Source: Candidatus Omnitrophota bacterium (GTDB lineage: Bacteria; Omnitrophota; Gorgyraeia; 2-02-FULL-51-18). From it: a stretch of DNA of 64,000 bases. Made by a program: the position numbers and the translations under genes. The stretch covers positions 5,679 through 69,678 of the forward strand of contig CAMDWQ010000010.1 in NCBI GenBank assembly GCA_945877765.1, written 5' to 3'. Below are positions 50,901 to 56,419 of this stretch, piece after piece (within the stretch, counting starts at the first letter, position 1; the number at the start of each line of letters is the position of its first letter). The notes under the pieces were generated by a model that had not been told where the DNA came from, ran no database searches, and was given only the letters and a program-made list of their open reading frames with translations.

Positions 50901-51681
50901 CGATAGAATCATCCAAAAGGTGATCAACAACGAATCTCTGGATTCATCCGCCTCGGACGGAGAAAAATCTTTTTATCAAAAAGTACAAGATTACCTAAGA
51001 AAATTTAGCGAACAGACAGGTCTTGGCAATAATCTCGTACTTGAAACCATCAGACAAATGGAAGCATTGCAAGCCAAAAAAGGAAAGCTAAAAGATGCTA
51101 TCGCATTCGTTCACTCAGGGGCCACAGCCCCCGTTTTAAGTGCCATCGAGCAAATGCAATATGATGTAGAAACAGTGCTTATCTATGAAGGGCCCCACCC
51201 AAACTACACCGCACAATTTACAAATCCAAGCTTAAAGCGTATTATTCATGTCATGGGGTCGAGCCACGGCCTATTAGACAGCTCGCTCGAGGGAGACGCG
51301 CCTGTGCCGTTTTTGGGATGGGCAAACTTTAAAAACCCAGCCAACGTTGATTTTAAAAACATCAATATTGAAATTGAGGGTGCCTGGCACAGCGATTATG
51401 CCTATAACGCAGAGGAATGGGATAAAAAAATCGCTGCTGTTACAGGAAGCACCCCAACCGCGGTTGAGGCTGATCGAAATCGCATCAGAGCACTAAAGGA
51501 AAGAAATAGAAAAGTGAATTTATTCATGAGGGATTTGTATCAGGCGGCCTACAAAGATCAGACAAATCAAGGGCTCTTGGACGATTTTTTTGAAGATCTA
51601 AAAACAAAAGGCGCAGCCAATCTAGAGAGTGGCATCTGGAAAATTGATCCCACAAAATTAAGAGATGTGACCCCCCAATGA
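38962..51681 (+). CDS. Giant secreted multidomain protein (4239 aa) with YD/RHS-type repeats, a triplicated 83-aa module, a FAM3/ILEI-like domain, a DUF4214-like motif, an inactive C39-like peptidase fold, a Gly/Ala-rich hydrophobic region and a C-terminal GxSxG domain
   Basis: Uninterrupted ORF with ribosome-binding site and signal peptide MRRSPYLKIISLALIISFSFSNLLYAADP; many Y.YD..G repeats; the domain evidence is given in the findings. Confidence 0.85.
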   Translation: MRRSPYLKIISLALIISFSFSNLLYAADPRDLLNAAKAGFALEDQRRTGGEAPLNNQSQGYAQGLVDQKNNLADLEQLNFSLTTQNGDILKYAGDKLAQIQRPDGTILQNIVLAADGKIQNADLKLFDGSIQVFQNGQVIGYETPDGTQVFYANSQIQKTISKSGVETLYAYTKDANGKVLETILENSQAKTIYDAQGKLKEVYQKGLSQRMVYQAGILQSITLQDGSQALFQAQTINSQVKVTFKSYVDANGNTYVNDMQYLLKDGSSLKNIIWGSDGKVVNALLESIDGSTYTFTNKVITAIRLPSNWVLSSITWDTQDKLKDGILTDLANNQWTYQAGALVSIKLLDGSILSSITWDAQNKIKTANLIDAQKKEYTFANNQLSQPLNAIAFQLDTQYGLVAGNSTYQFNWAGKNEKWFKANNNTWYFILPDGKVYLWNSVAGKNLTTSTLVVTLNSSYWEDPAFLCDASDRAIVLQLDTQYSLVPGSSTYQFNWAGQNEKWFKANNNTWYYILPTGQLYLWDAKGGKNLTTSTLAATLNSHFWEDPTKVHLAFERAALESTALNLDRQYALIPSSSNYFLNWAGQQEKWFKSSSGTAQYFILSDGSLYLWNQPAGKNLATSTKLATLSADYWANPTLLCRAYDRTVAVVVTSAYTAKIIGITKPQISVSKRTLSASKLNIATLSAAFSFNSILYNTDGSFAQILEKDNTTLNFKNNLLVDAKDAQGKIIHFDFTESAFGNLLGSSLTQSGATSTYDEQGNLSSVKVGDTTIHYSAENKIESVEKADGTRVENIIFDAQGNIHDAKMTAPDGTQRTYQAKKMIREKKADGTETDFVDGKPSVTRMADGRVYVYSPAAIIGNSAAFRSILTQYVSDDGSAVYVNDGIPFKIQTKSGMVLTNLVFALDGTLTDAIGSFTGPDENQMTLTYQGKEVRQIISADGSRLFYENNRLKSMTKPNGEQIIYEYTLDGDGEILKIILKDASGTRIYNPAFGKSSELVDDDLVNQDGGEVDLGRALPAMDLLSYFKAIENTTTHLPESHVGINDPLTISYTYDVALYLLAGASSGGAILDYIISNPEKMINTTYVPSGGMYSDLSTLGGQAGFDRNSVVAGPNAWIGLAALKQYQKTQDVKYLNFAKARAAFIKTLSDPSGGIVMGPAGQWGIPPFSDLKSTENNLSALYLYQALYTATNDAQYLAAADSLWAYVKTLYDPTLHAFSRGEHKGGGEWLKDSANVFATDVLAWMPFERVVNDSFFGADVLARLKEVENMIRAAEKYTGLFTPVGDIQGFSYSPESKDRSVISIEWSAQMANLYLKIARSYKQLGNDVKYRFYGSRYQKLTASLETFVKTDASGVSRAPYAVYQNGKGAYGEFTGHGWATPSPKNQNGDVFSMASIYYQFSRQKTDPLTLANGSILSANYISQADIDKYSGTSLRDQKYFDAVTSLERYENEKFTAVYSKGTLRSIQYENILINNPVIDARGFLVSAEIHTPDGQVYTLKDRKLATLLRANGTLLGYEGDLIVDVTAPNGKKVHYTYTKNAQGYVTGIAVEYNTGNGWIGKPIAEYLFDPANTEEKPIHQTNYHLAGDDYRQGSVGSSTIGSGESEWFGSAQGLDPLDPEARLVFDSSTLEGTGDRNFIDIQAYRYDLEWPDNMLSVQNDSFVFLRAKETNSSTDVHLSPYWMTASGLLLWVPLQNGFDIPLTDQYQNHLISIQPDALVVGRKTFNLRLVFATPMPAAAPWKISIAEMDYFQLKHIEPEDYLQYLNLSQEQMLDVSRKPLKNDAMDLLEGSQIVSNFNHQKEAEKFLIAMDLDANYNYLSGTRVDKSVERYAGGKVASLLKNGSEETYEYDVNGQIQKVINKDAATQAVKTVTYYQYGRIRRVEDASAKALYTYSYQTDSANNEITLVKDEATGELKHYQGSRLTQMDNADGTRTLYFYENTDERISRSQIMSGQSILAKFSYSYEGANTLVTDADGATKVYDANNLLLSIITQGGLEYRFNHLKDEAGNAVEEQFLYSAKTEDGMTLFYKNDTVDKIQLKDGTVINVSEADQDLYQKVLIKQGLVDQVIHKTGELAVYIRNNRGDLKEVRVSKAGQEYRYTPDGRLVSRTDVGGVTYHYGYILDGAGNISKTRVVKRTAKLIGGDLPTVDPNTGDFLRLSVLSAGIVDGWNAGLFANDEGVGHFDTNFWRNSSDQWTGRGYDVAVVDAKGKLIKSDLFDIWQLGGSEADRMAQFIEQVPVGNYVLMAVGDEGALNMTERAYKALESLGSAQIRNLKFRGSWGLIGRKGAAIGTAIEGLRDSQKGYVSLQNYDTEYSYFDKKGVPIPYDQFTAVISQNWNSSYQSYVGDAGEILKTSVYSDEYAIAYHKNYNELYPDSGFIQLWNDRYLNQFTVNEYAQGIIDKVSTTATAKYVYYDSRYPFNYVHPLFAVALKNILAANGFRVIDANQLAEVMKLEGSHAVIVSAHDVMPDTIYDPNSIFSISYRKLSRTFMENGGTLVWMGDLPFYYTGHADGSKTIVGEIGAKTVLGVMPLARGLRAPVSRTYVQTFDEWTFISGWIHGNGATIQNGTLRLTSQLPSIVGSASDQNFKPSTGLLRYTVDFKNNTLNSGFETYLEFQNFTPYQTLGIRQENGVFKFIGKTPVTGGSSVITNLGQAAYVAGVEYTVIFETENNVLKVFLYQKNQPQPEVPTFSIANVDPSVGASIGFNIQQGEALVTSLKRDEREYEIISTQAPSITPDFSLKGGEAALDTSLLYFDTNVNFRTVRWDKIQESIGYSLDSDTAVVSDYDKNGDLISIAKADRTVTTYENQKVQLVTDINGYVLVEYAYDAQGALTSITNVGQRRELADHIEDAKDRANFEKLFLFEDVAIEHNLTAGEPIAKSARIRSLAHSANVLDGGPEPGRSSMGIVADELISEHAEKYRQENPKTLEGEVGTDPFWIQVADGYLAYSSARLEALKVLRSTQDIKAKSRDAKKEKSKALDRVRDIIRDIDNRENEYHQTVLQAIFNFSAAVLQQKKNEIEADYQKAFDALAVQTSNFEKEIQKEESKPVISDYYRSILGRDATSAEIESYYPQIAQNGKINAAALGVNLRNSAEFIQRTSRVGKIRGDVEAALDEYVSADTGKKATLLASLGLTPSEVVNLSAQDIQKIKDYLRSQALHFGESAIESLMALIKSRGISPNRDELAAKLILIDIFAGIIHPYLKEGEEMLLSAYSLQKVAAFYGVEAQTLNLTYEDMLAIFSAGTSSARAILHTEGIHYSVLTAITADQVTILEYNGDSRTMSKADFLKSWKGVALVEKSTAAPVLTGPQKSATARVLNSDEARQIKGGFFMFIPFIFTMLAHIAATIGAIIASIGTIIAQIGIMVGQILQGLGGLLYQFAQGVGAVVKGLWTGIKFVGMKIFTGFAKFFGPTLAKAAAGEALKVTVGQTILNNVIRMGVSYVVSKGLDALGVDPIVTSIISTFVTGGMHGGFTSQGFNFGFSLADGLKAGLQLGAKTFLQAAGLDPQLSGILSMTTGPLVNGVWTGNVGGELFKIAPELTTSLAQYGIDKLGKSLGLDPRLTGLISAPISLAIGKNFQTGNIFGQDVIKAVQDGIFRGAIAYGVDFAANRITDNKLLQALSSRLISGAIEGTFLQKDLFAGVVGALKQSVVGIFGANQSDVLGNIVNFSTLVAQNGFKNAAELYLTNIFNKQSIEAIYRLGGIASALASPKTQVTLPDGRVAYQTVTSSGEAIIFDAMNNLLGFQRNGLYQIGGFGITSAGSFGLISGKSFGMIAGGSSFEASIQNGKVTQITTYTDQVRLDIDLGEGTDGIRFDSDGNLTDGRMTLDERIDFTVVNGTVYGIELDKENPNTTSVNDAYAFAERIISAVLDGSGSSSSGSSVIDQLQKELITYYLFGNGFENERRKEDTLDPLLKFYTDNLEFDDPKVITEGQKIVVDLYEFTKVAGNGLDWLGDFNPVFLVLLLGVLGLTYVAADRIIQKVINNESLDSSASDGEKSFYQKVQDYLRKFSEQTGLGNNLVLETIRQMEALQAKKGKLKDAIAFVHSGATAPVLSAIEQMQYDVETVLIYEGPHPNYTAQFTNPSLKRIIHVMGSSHGLLDSSLEGDAPVPFLGWANFKNPANVDFKNINIEIEGAWHSDYAYNAEEWDKKIAAVTGSTPTAVEADRNRIRALKERNRKVNLFMRDLYQAAYKDQTNQGLLDDFFEDLKTKGAANLESGIWKIDPTKLRDVTPQ

Positions 51682-52175
51682 AAAATAAAGCTATTTTAAT
51701 ACTCGCAGGATCGCTACTCACTCTAATTTTGCTATTTATTTATTTTACAAACTCAAGAGCGACATATTCCAAGATAGCTGTTCGCTCAATCGATGAAAAT
51801 AAAATTTACGTTGGCGATGAAAAGCCAGGACTAGAATCAGCATCGGATGAGGCTAGTAGCTTTGCTAAGACTGTAGAGGGGCTTAACGAAGGTTGGGATA
51901 ATATTGGAACAGGAGAATCTTATTATAGAGCAGGGCAATATGAGGAGGCTGTAAAAGCTTATAAAAAAGCATACGATGTCGATCCTGGAAACAGGACTCT
52001 CTCAGGCAACAAATTGATCAACGTTTACGAAAAGCTCTCCCGATACGACGAAGCCATCGCCCTAGTAGATGAAATCTTAAAAACCCAACCACTTGTTGAA
52101 TATGGCATAGCGAAGTTCACCGCCATCCGCACTCGCCTCCTCGCCGCCAAAGTCCAATCTGCCAAAGCTGAATGA
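51678..52175 (+). CDS. Small membrane-anchored TPR-like protein, translationally coupled to the giant gene
   Basis: 165 aa; ATGA stop/start overlap; N-terminal transmembrane segment; helical repeats YYRAGQYEEAVKAYKKAYDVDP. Confidence 0.6.
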   Translation: MKNKAILILAGSLLTLILLFIYFTNSRATYSKIAVRSIDENKIYVGDEKPGLESASDEASSFAKTVEGLNEGWDNIGTGESYYRAGQYEEAVKAYKKAYDVDPGNRTLSGNKLINVYEKLSRYDEAIALVDEILKTQPLVEYGIAKFTAIRTRLLAAKVQSAKAE

Positions 52176-52355
52176 ATGAGTGGCAACGGATCCGCAAATC
52201 CATGCAAAATGTGAGATGATCCCCTCTAACTCGTGTTGCTGATTTTATTAAGACCTAAATAAATCGATTAATTTTTTATAAATGGTTAATCAGATAAAAA
52301 TTGGATACAATCTATATCAAGCGAATCAGTTTTTTAAAAAAATGAGGACATAGCA

Positions 52356-54437
52356 TTGACTGAAGAAATAGTTCCCATCGTATCACCCTCCGAAAGAAAA
52401 ACCCGCGCCACTAGTTACGAGTTGTCAATTAAGACTTTCTTAGAGGATCTCCAATTTAAAGATGTGGATGGGGCAAGAGATTCATTTTTAATAGGCGAAA
52501 ATCAGGTTGATGTTTGCGGAGGTCATGAGGATACACTCCTGATCATAGAATGCACGATGAAGCAAGCATTGGGGAAAAAATTGCTAATTGCCAAGATTGC
52601 GGAGTTAAGAGGAAAAAGGGATGTATTCCAAAAAGGCTTTAGAAAAAGCGAGAAGTATGGGCATTACAAAAATTTTAAATATATTCTTTCGGTGCGTAAT
52701 ATTCCGGTGCGTCGAGAAGATATTGATTATGCGAACAAAGACGAATGCAGAATTTATATATGGGATGATAACTGTATTGATTATTACAAGGATCTATATT
52801 CCAAAATCGGCGAATATGCCAAGTATGAACTTTTGGGTGAAATAGGGATTAGGCCGGCAAGTGGAAACACTGTTAGTATCCCAGCGGCTTGCACAAATAT
52901 TGCTGGATCTGATGTCTATTTATTTTTTGCAGACCCACGAACGTTACTCGAAGTTTCATGTGTCGCAAGACGTGAAAAGGGGCAAGAACGATACTATCAA
53001 AGGATCATAAACAAAAAAAAGCTTAAACAAATTGCTTCATATGTTGAGACTGGGAATATCTTACCCAATAACATCATAATAGGCATTAGTGAGCAATCCC
53101 GAAAATATTTAAAATTTACACCATGGCAAACCAAGCTTGATTACAAGCAACAATTATTGCAGTATGGTGTTAAATATGGAATTTTAGAATTTCCGAAAGA
53201 TTATCGTAGTTGCTGGATAATAGATGGACAGCATCGTCTCTACTCTTTTATAAACACAAAAAAACCTATTTATTTGCCTGTTGTTGCTTTTCATGATCTT
53301 AGCATGGAGAGACAATGCAAATTATTTTTAGACATCAATAAAAACCAGAAGCCTGTTCCTCCAGATTTAGTTTGGGATCTTAACGGTGACATGATTCCTT
53401 CCGAACCTGACGGCATTATTTCAAGCGTTGTCAAAAGTCTTAACGAAATGGAGCCGTTAGCTAGAAGAATCCACATTCCATCAAAGGGAATGCAAACATC
53501 TCACGGCTATTTAAAAATGTCGGGAATTTGTTTGAGTTTAAAAAGAACAAAATTAGGGACCCATGTTACGTATAGCAAGACTGAAAATCCATTTTGGAAT
53601 AAAAACCCCGATGAGACGGTTCGCCAACTCTCCAAAGCACTTTCAATATACTTTATTGTCATAAAAGATATTCTCAGAAAGGATTGGGAAAGGGGGGATA
53701 AGGGCTTGGCTCTTTCTAACGGGTCCAACTCGATATTAATTAGAATTTTTGAGAGAATTGTTTCCAACTGTGTGCTTAAAAAGAACGCTGTCAAAGCATC
53801 GGATTATGAAAAATATTTAAAGCCTCTTGGTAAATATTTAAACGAAAAAACGGATGAAGATTATAAAAAGATTCGTTTGATGGCCTCCAGCGAGGGCGGA
53901 AAAGATAACCTTTTGAGGGATTTTGTTTTATACATTCGAAAAGAAACAAATGACTGGCAATTTGGTGGAAATATAGATGCATCGGGATCCTCTGAAATAA
54001 AGTCTCTTGAAAAAAGATTTAAGGATTTGTTTGAATTAAAATTTAAAGAAGATAGGGCAGAGGATGTTCTTTCAAAGGATCTTTATGGCAAGGCATCAAA
54101 ATATCTTTCAACGCACGGCCTATCAAAACGTGATATTTATCGACAATTAACTTTTGGTGAGTGTGTTCGTGTTTTAAGGGAGAAAAAGGACATATTTTAT
54201 CCTAGTTTTGTTGGGTCTAATTGTGAATTTCATGCCGAAATTGATTTTGAGTCAGCATTAGGGCATATCACTAGGCACAGGAACAGCCAACTTTCACACG
54301 ATATTGGTGCGGCTGCTCGGGATACGGACGATCCGTTATTTAAAATTTACATTGATAAAATAAATAAATGTATAAATGGTATTTTGGGGGAAAGCGAAAA
54401 CGATGAGGAGGCAGAGGACGATAGTGATGAATTATAA
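52356..54437 (+). CDS. DGQHR-domain protein (DndB-like / ParB-nuclease superfamily) with an extra N-terminal nuclease-like region and long C-terminal region; TTG start
   Basis: Literal motif CWIIDGQHRLYSF at nt 53212-53250; ribosome-binding site GAGGA 6 nt upstream; acidic C-terminal tail. Confidence 0.7.
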   Translation: MTEEIVPIVSPSERKTRATSYELSIKTFLEDLQFKDVDGARDSFLIGENQVDVCGGHEDTLLIIECTMKQALGKKLLIAKIAELRGKRDVFQKGFRKSEKYGHYKNFKYILSVRNIPVRREDIDYANKDECRIYIWDDNCIDYYKDLYSKIGEYAKYELLGEIGIRPASGNTVSIPAACTNIAGSDVYLFFADPRTLLEVSCVARREKGQERYYQRIINKKKLKQIASYVETGNILPNNIIIGISEQSRKYLKFTPWQTKLDYKQQLLQYGVKYGILEFPKDYRSCWIIDGQHRLYSFINTKKPIYLPVVAFHDLSMERQCKLFLDINKNQKPVPPDLVWDLNGDMIPSEPDGIISSVVKSLNEMEPLARRIHIPSKGMQTSHGYLKMSGICLSLKRTKLGTHVTYSKTENPFWNKNPDETVRQLSKALSIYFIVIKDILRKDWERGDKGLALSNGSNSILIRIFERIVSNCVLKKNAVKASDYEKYLKPLGKYLNEKTDEDYKKIRLMASSEGGKDNLLRDFVLYIRKETNDWQFGGNIDASGSSEIKSLEKRFKDLFELKFKEDRAEDVLSKDLYGKASKYLSTHGLSKRDIYRQLTFGECVRVLREKKDIFYPSFVGSNCEFHAEIDFESALGHITRHRNSQLSHDIGAAARDTDDPLFKIYIDKINKCINGILGESENDEEAEDDSDEL

Positions 54438-54453
54438 AAGCTGAGAAGAATTT

Positions 54454-55221
54454 TTGCGCTTAAATTTTGATGTATCGGTTGTCAGGGGTTTGAGAAGCGC
54501 CTCCCAAAGAGCGCGAGTTTTAACTGAGGACTGGGTTGATAAGCAAGTTTATTGCCCTAATTGCGGGCTTGTCGATATAGATAAATATCCAAATAATAAT
54601 CCCGCCGCCGATTTTCACTGCTCGAATTGCCATGAAGACTATGAGCTCAAAAGCAAAAACTCTAAAATTGGCACAAGAGTCGTCGACGGAGCCTACAAGA
54701 CATTGATTCAGAAGTTGCGGGGCAGTACCAATCCCAATCTATTTTTGTTAAATTACGATCCGCGAAGTCTTGAAGTTCAAAATTTTTTTGTGATTCCAAA
54801 GCACTTTTTTATTCCTGAAATTATTGAAAAGAGGAAACCGCTTGTACTCACCGCTCGCCGTGCCGGGTGGGTTGGTTGTAACATTCTTCTGCATGGCATC
54901 CCGCAAACGGGGAAAATTTATTTTGTAAAAAATCGTATTGTTGAGTCGAAATCAAAGGTACTTTCCTGTTGGAAAAAAACACTTTTTTTGAGAGAAGAAA
55001 AAGAGCTTGTCGCCAAAGGCTGGCTTTTGGATGTGATGCGCTGTGTCGAGCAGCTTAGCCAAAGTTTTTCACTTGATGAAGTTTATTCTTTCGCGGGAGA
55101 GCTCGGGATCAAACACCCTGGGAATCGACACATCAAGGATAAAATCCGTCAACAGTTGCAGGTTCTGCGTGAGAGAGGCTACCTCGAGTTTATCGGGCGA
55201 GGCCGTTACCGGCGCCCTTGA
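54454..55221 (+). CDS. DpnI-family methyl-directed (Gm6ATC) type IIM restriction endonuclease
   Basis: 255 aa; strong similarity as recalled to S. pneumoniae DpnI (QRARVLTEDWV..YCPNCG...ADFHCSNCHEDYELKSK...ARRAGWVGCNI...HIKDKIRQQLQVLRE...GRGRYR). Confidence 0.7.
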   Translation: MRLNFDVSVVRGLRSASQRARVLTEDWVDKQVYCPNCGLVDIDKYPNNNPAADFHCSNCHEDYELKSKNSKIGTRVVDGAYKTLIQKLRGSTNPNLFLLNYDPRSLEVQNFFVIPKHFFIPEIIEKRKPLVLTARRAGWVGCNILLHGIPQTGKIYFVKNRIVESKSKVLSCWKKTLFLREEKELVAKGWLLDVMRCVEQLSQSFSLDEVYSFAGELGIKHPGNRHIKDKIRQQLQVLRERGYLEFIGRGRYRRP

Positions 55222-55440
55222 TCACTTGACTTGACACTTTTCCTTGATTGATCAATGATCGGATCATGCGAGTCCAAGAGTCTATAAACTTTAAAAAAAA
55301 TCTTGTTAGATTGCTAGATTATGTTTGGCGTGACGAATCCAAGCATTACCAAGAAAATCGAAAGCGTGACCATATATTTCTAACGATAAGAAGCTTGGCT
55401 CGTGAGGTAGGGTATGCCAAAAAGTGCAAGGGGTGAAAGC

Positions 55441-55701
55441 ATGACGAGGTCTTTTATTTTTATCACCGAAGAAGGGTTTACCTATCAACCCAAGTCAGTT
55501 TCACAGATGCCAGATGTTGATAATTTTCAAGTTCTTGGGTTTTCTCAGGGCCAGACAGAGGGAAAAGCGTTCAAGAATTTTTTATGTGAGAATGAATGGC
55601 TTGGTATAATGACATTTAGAAAAGTGAGCTGTTACGAATTAAAAGATAGGACCTGCAAAGAATTTTTAATTCCTAATTCTAGGGTCAAAAAATCCCCGTA
55701 G
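55441..55701 (+). CDS. Hypothetical small protein (86 aa from ATG 55441)
   Basis: ORF only; its C-terminus runs into a 65-bp repeat; no recognisable family. Confidence 0.3.
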   Translation: MTRSFIFITEEGFTYQPKSVSQMPDVDNFQVLGFSQGQTEGKAFKNFLCENEWLGIMTFRKVSCYELKDRTCKEFLIPNSRVKKSP

Positions 55702-55750
55702 AAAGAAACTTGATTATTTTTAGCCCAATTTAGCGATACCCACCGAGCTT
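55686..55750 (+). repeat. 65-bp direct repeat, copy 1 (GTCAAAAAATCCCCGTAGAAAGAAACTTGATTATTTTTAGCCCAATTTAGCGATACCC)
   Basis: About 93% identical to 58703-58768 in the same orientation. Confidence 0.75.
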
Positions 55751-55885
55751 CGACTAGCCACTTTCATAATCTTTAAATATTCCTCGTAAGAACTTAAATA
55801 TTTTTAAGAAGTGCTATTGACAGCTTGCATGCACTATGCCAGACTTCCCGCAGATTGAAAAACAAGAGCTAAAATCGAGGGGGGT

Positions 55886-56131
55886 TTGAATATGAAGGTA
55901 TTGGTGCTGGATGAGAAGAAGAACCATAGTTATTTTCTGACCTTCCCGAAAGAGATGAGTCAAAAGAATATTAAAGACATGCTAGAGGTCGACGATCACC
56001 GGTTAGCAACCTTTCTTCTCGCGAGGAAAGCCACTGGAAAAATTACTGTCCCTCCAAAAGCTCGAAAGAAAGCAAAGCTTGTGGCTAACTTTACCCTTGC
56101 CCAAGGTTATCGAATCGAACGGTTGGCTTAA
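55886..56131 (+). CDS. Hypothetical protein
   Basis: 81 aa ORF with a G-rich ribosome-binding site; no family recognised. Confidence 0.4.
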   Translation: MNMKVLVLDEKKNHSYFLTFPKEMSQKNIKDMLEVDDHRLATFLLARKATGKITVPPKARKKAKLVANFTLAQGYRIERLA

Positions 56132-56257
56132 ATGAGATCCGGTAATAATTCCTTGCCAGTGTTCTTTTAAATTCTTAAAATATCCCTTGGAATAAAAGAA
56201 TGCCCTGTTTTTTAAACAAGTGACTAAAACTTCTTGATGAATAATGATGGAGCTGCT

Positions 56258-56419
56258 AATGATTGACCTGCAGAGTCTTGTTGAAGCTATCAAAAAATTA
56301 AATGAAAATGAACAATACAGCCAGGGAGTCATCATCAAGCTCAATAAGAAAACTGCCTCCATCAAGCTTTCCGATGGACATGTCTGGAACGTATCTCCCG
56401 GGTTGTTAGAAAAAGCGTG
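56258..56419 (+). CDS. Hypothetical small protein (53 aa), stop overlapping the next gene's start (GTGA)
   Basis: MIDLQSLVEAIKKLNENEQYSQGVIIKLNKKTASIKLSDGHVWNVSPGLLEKA; its coupling to the next gene suggests a real gene. Confidence 0.35.

Noticed and set aside
55248-55436. A 62-aa ORF immediately after the DpnI-like gene.
   Set aside because: It overlaps the alternative 86-aa ORF (55441..55701), has no ribosome-binding site and no family, so it was left uncalled.
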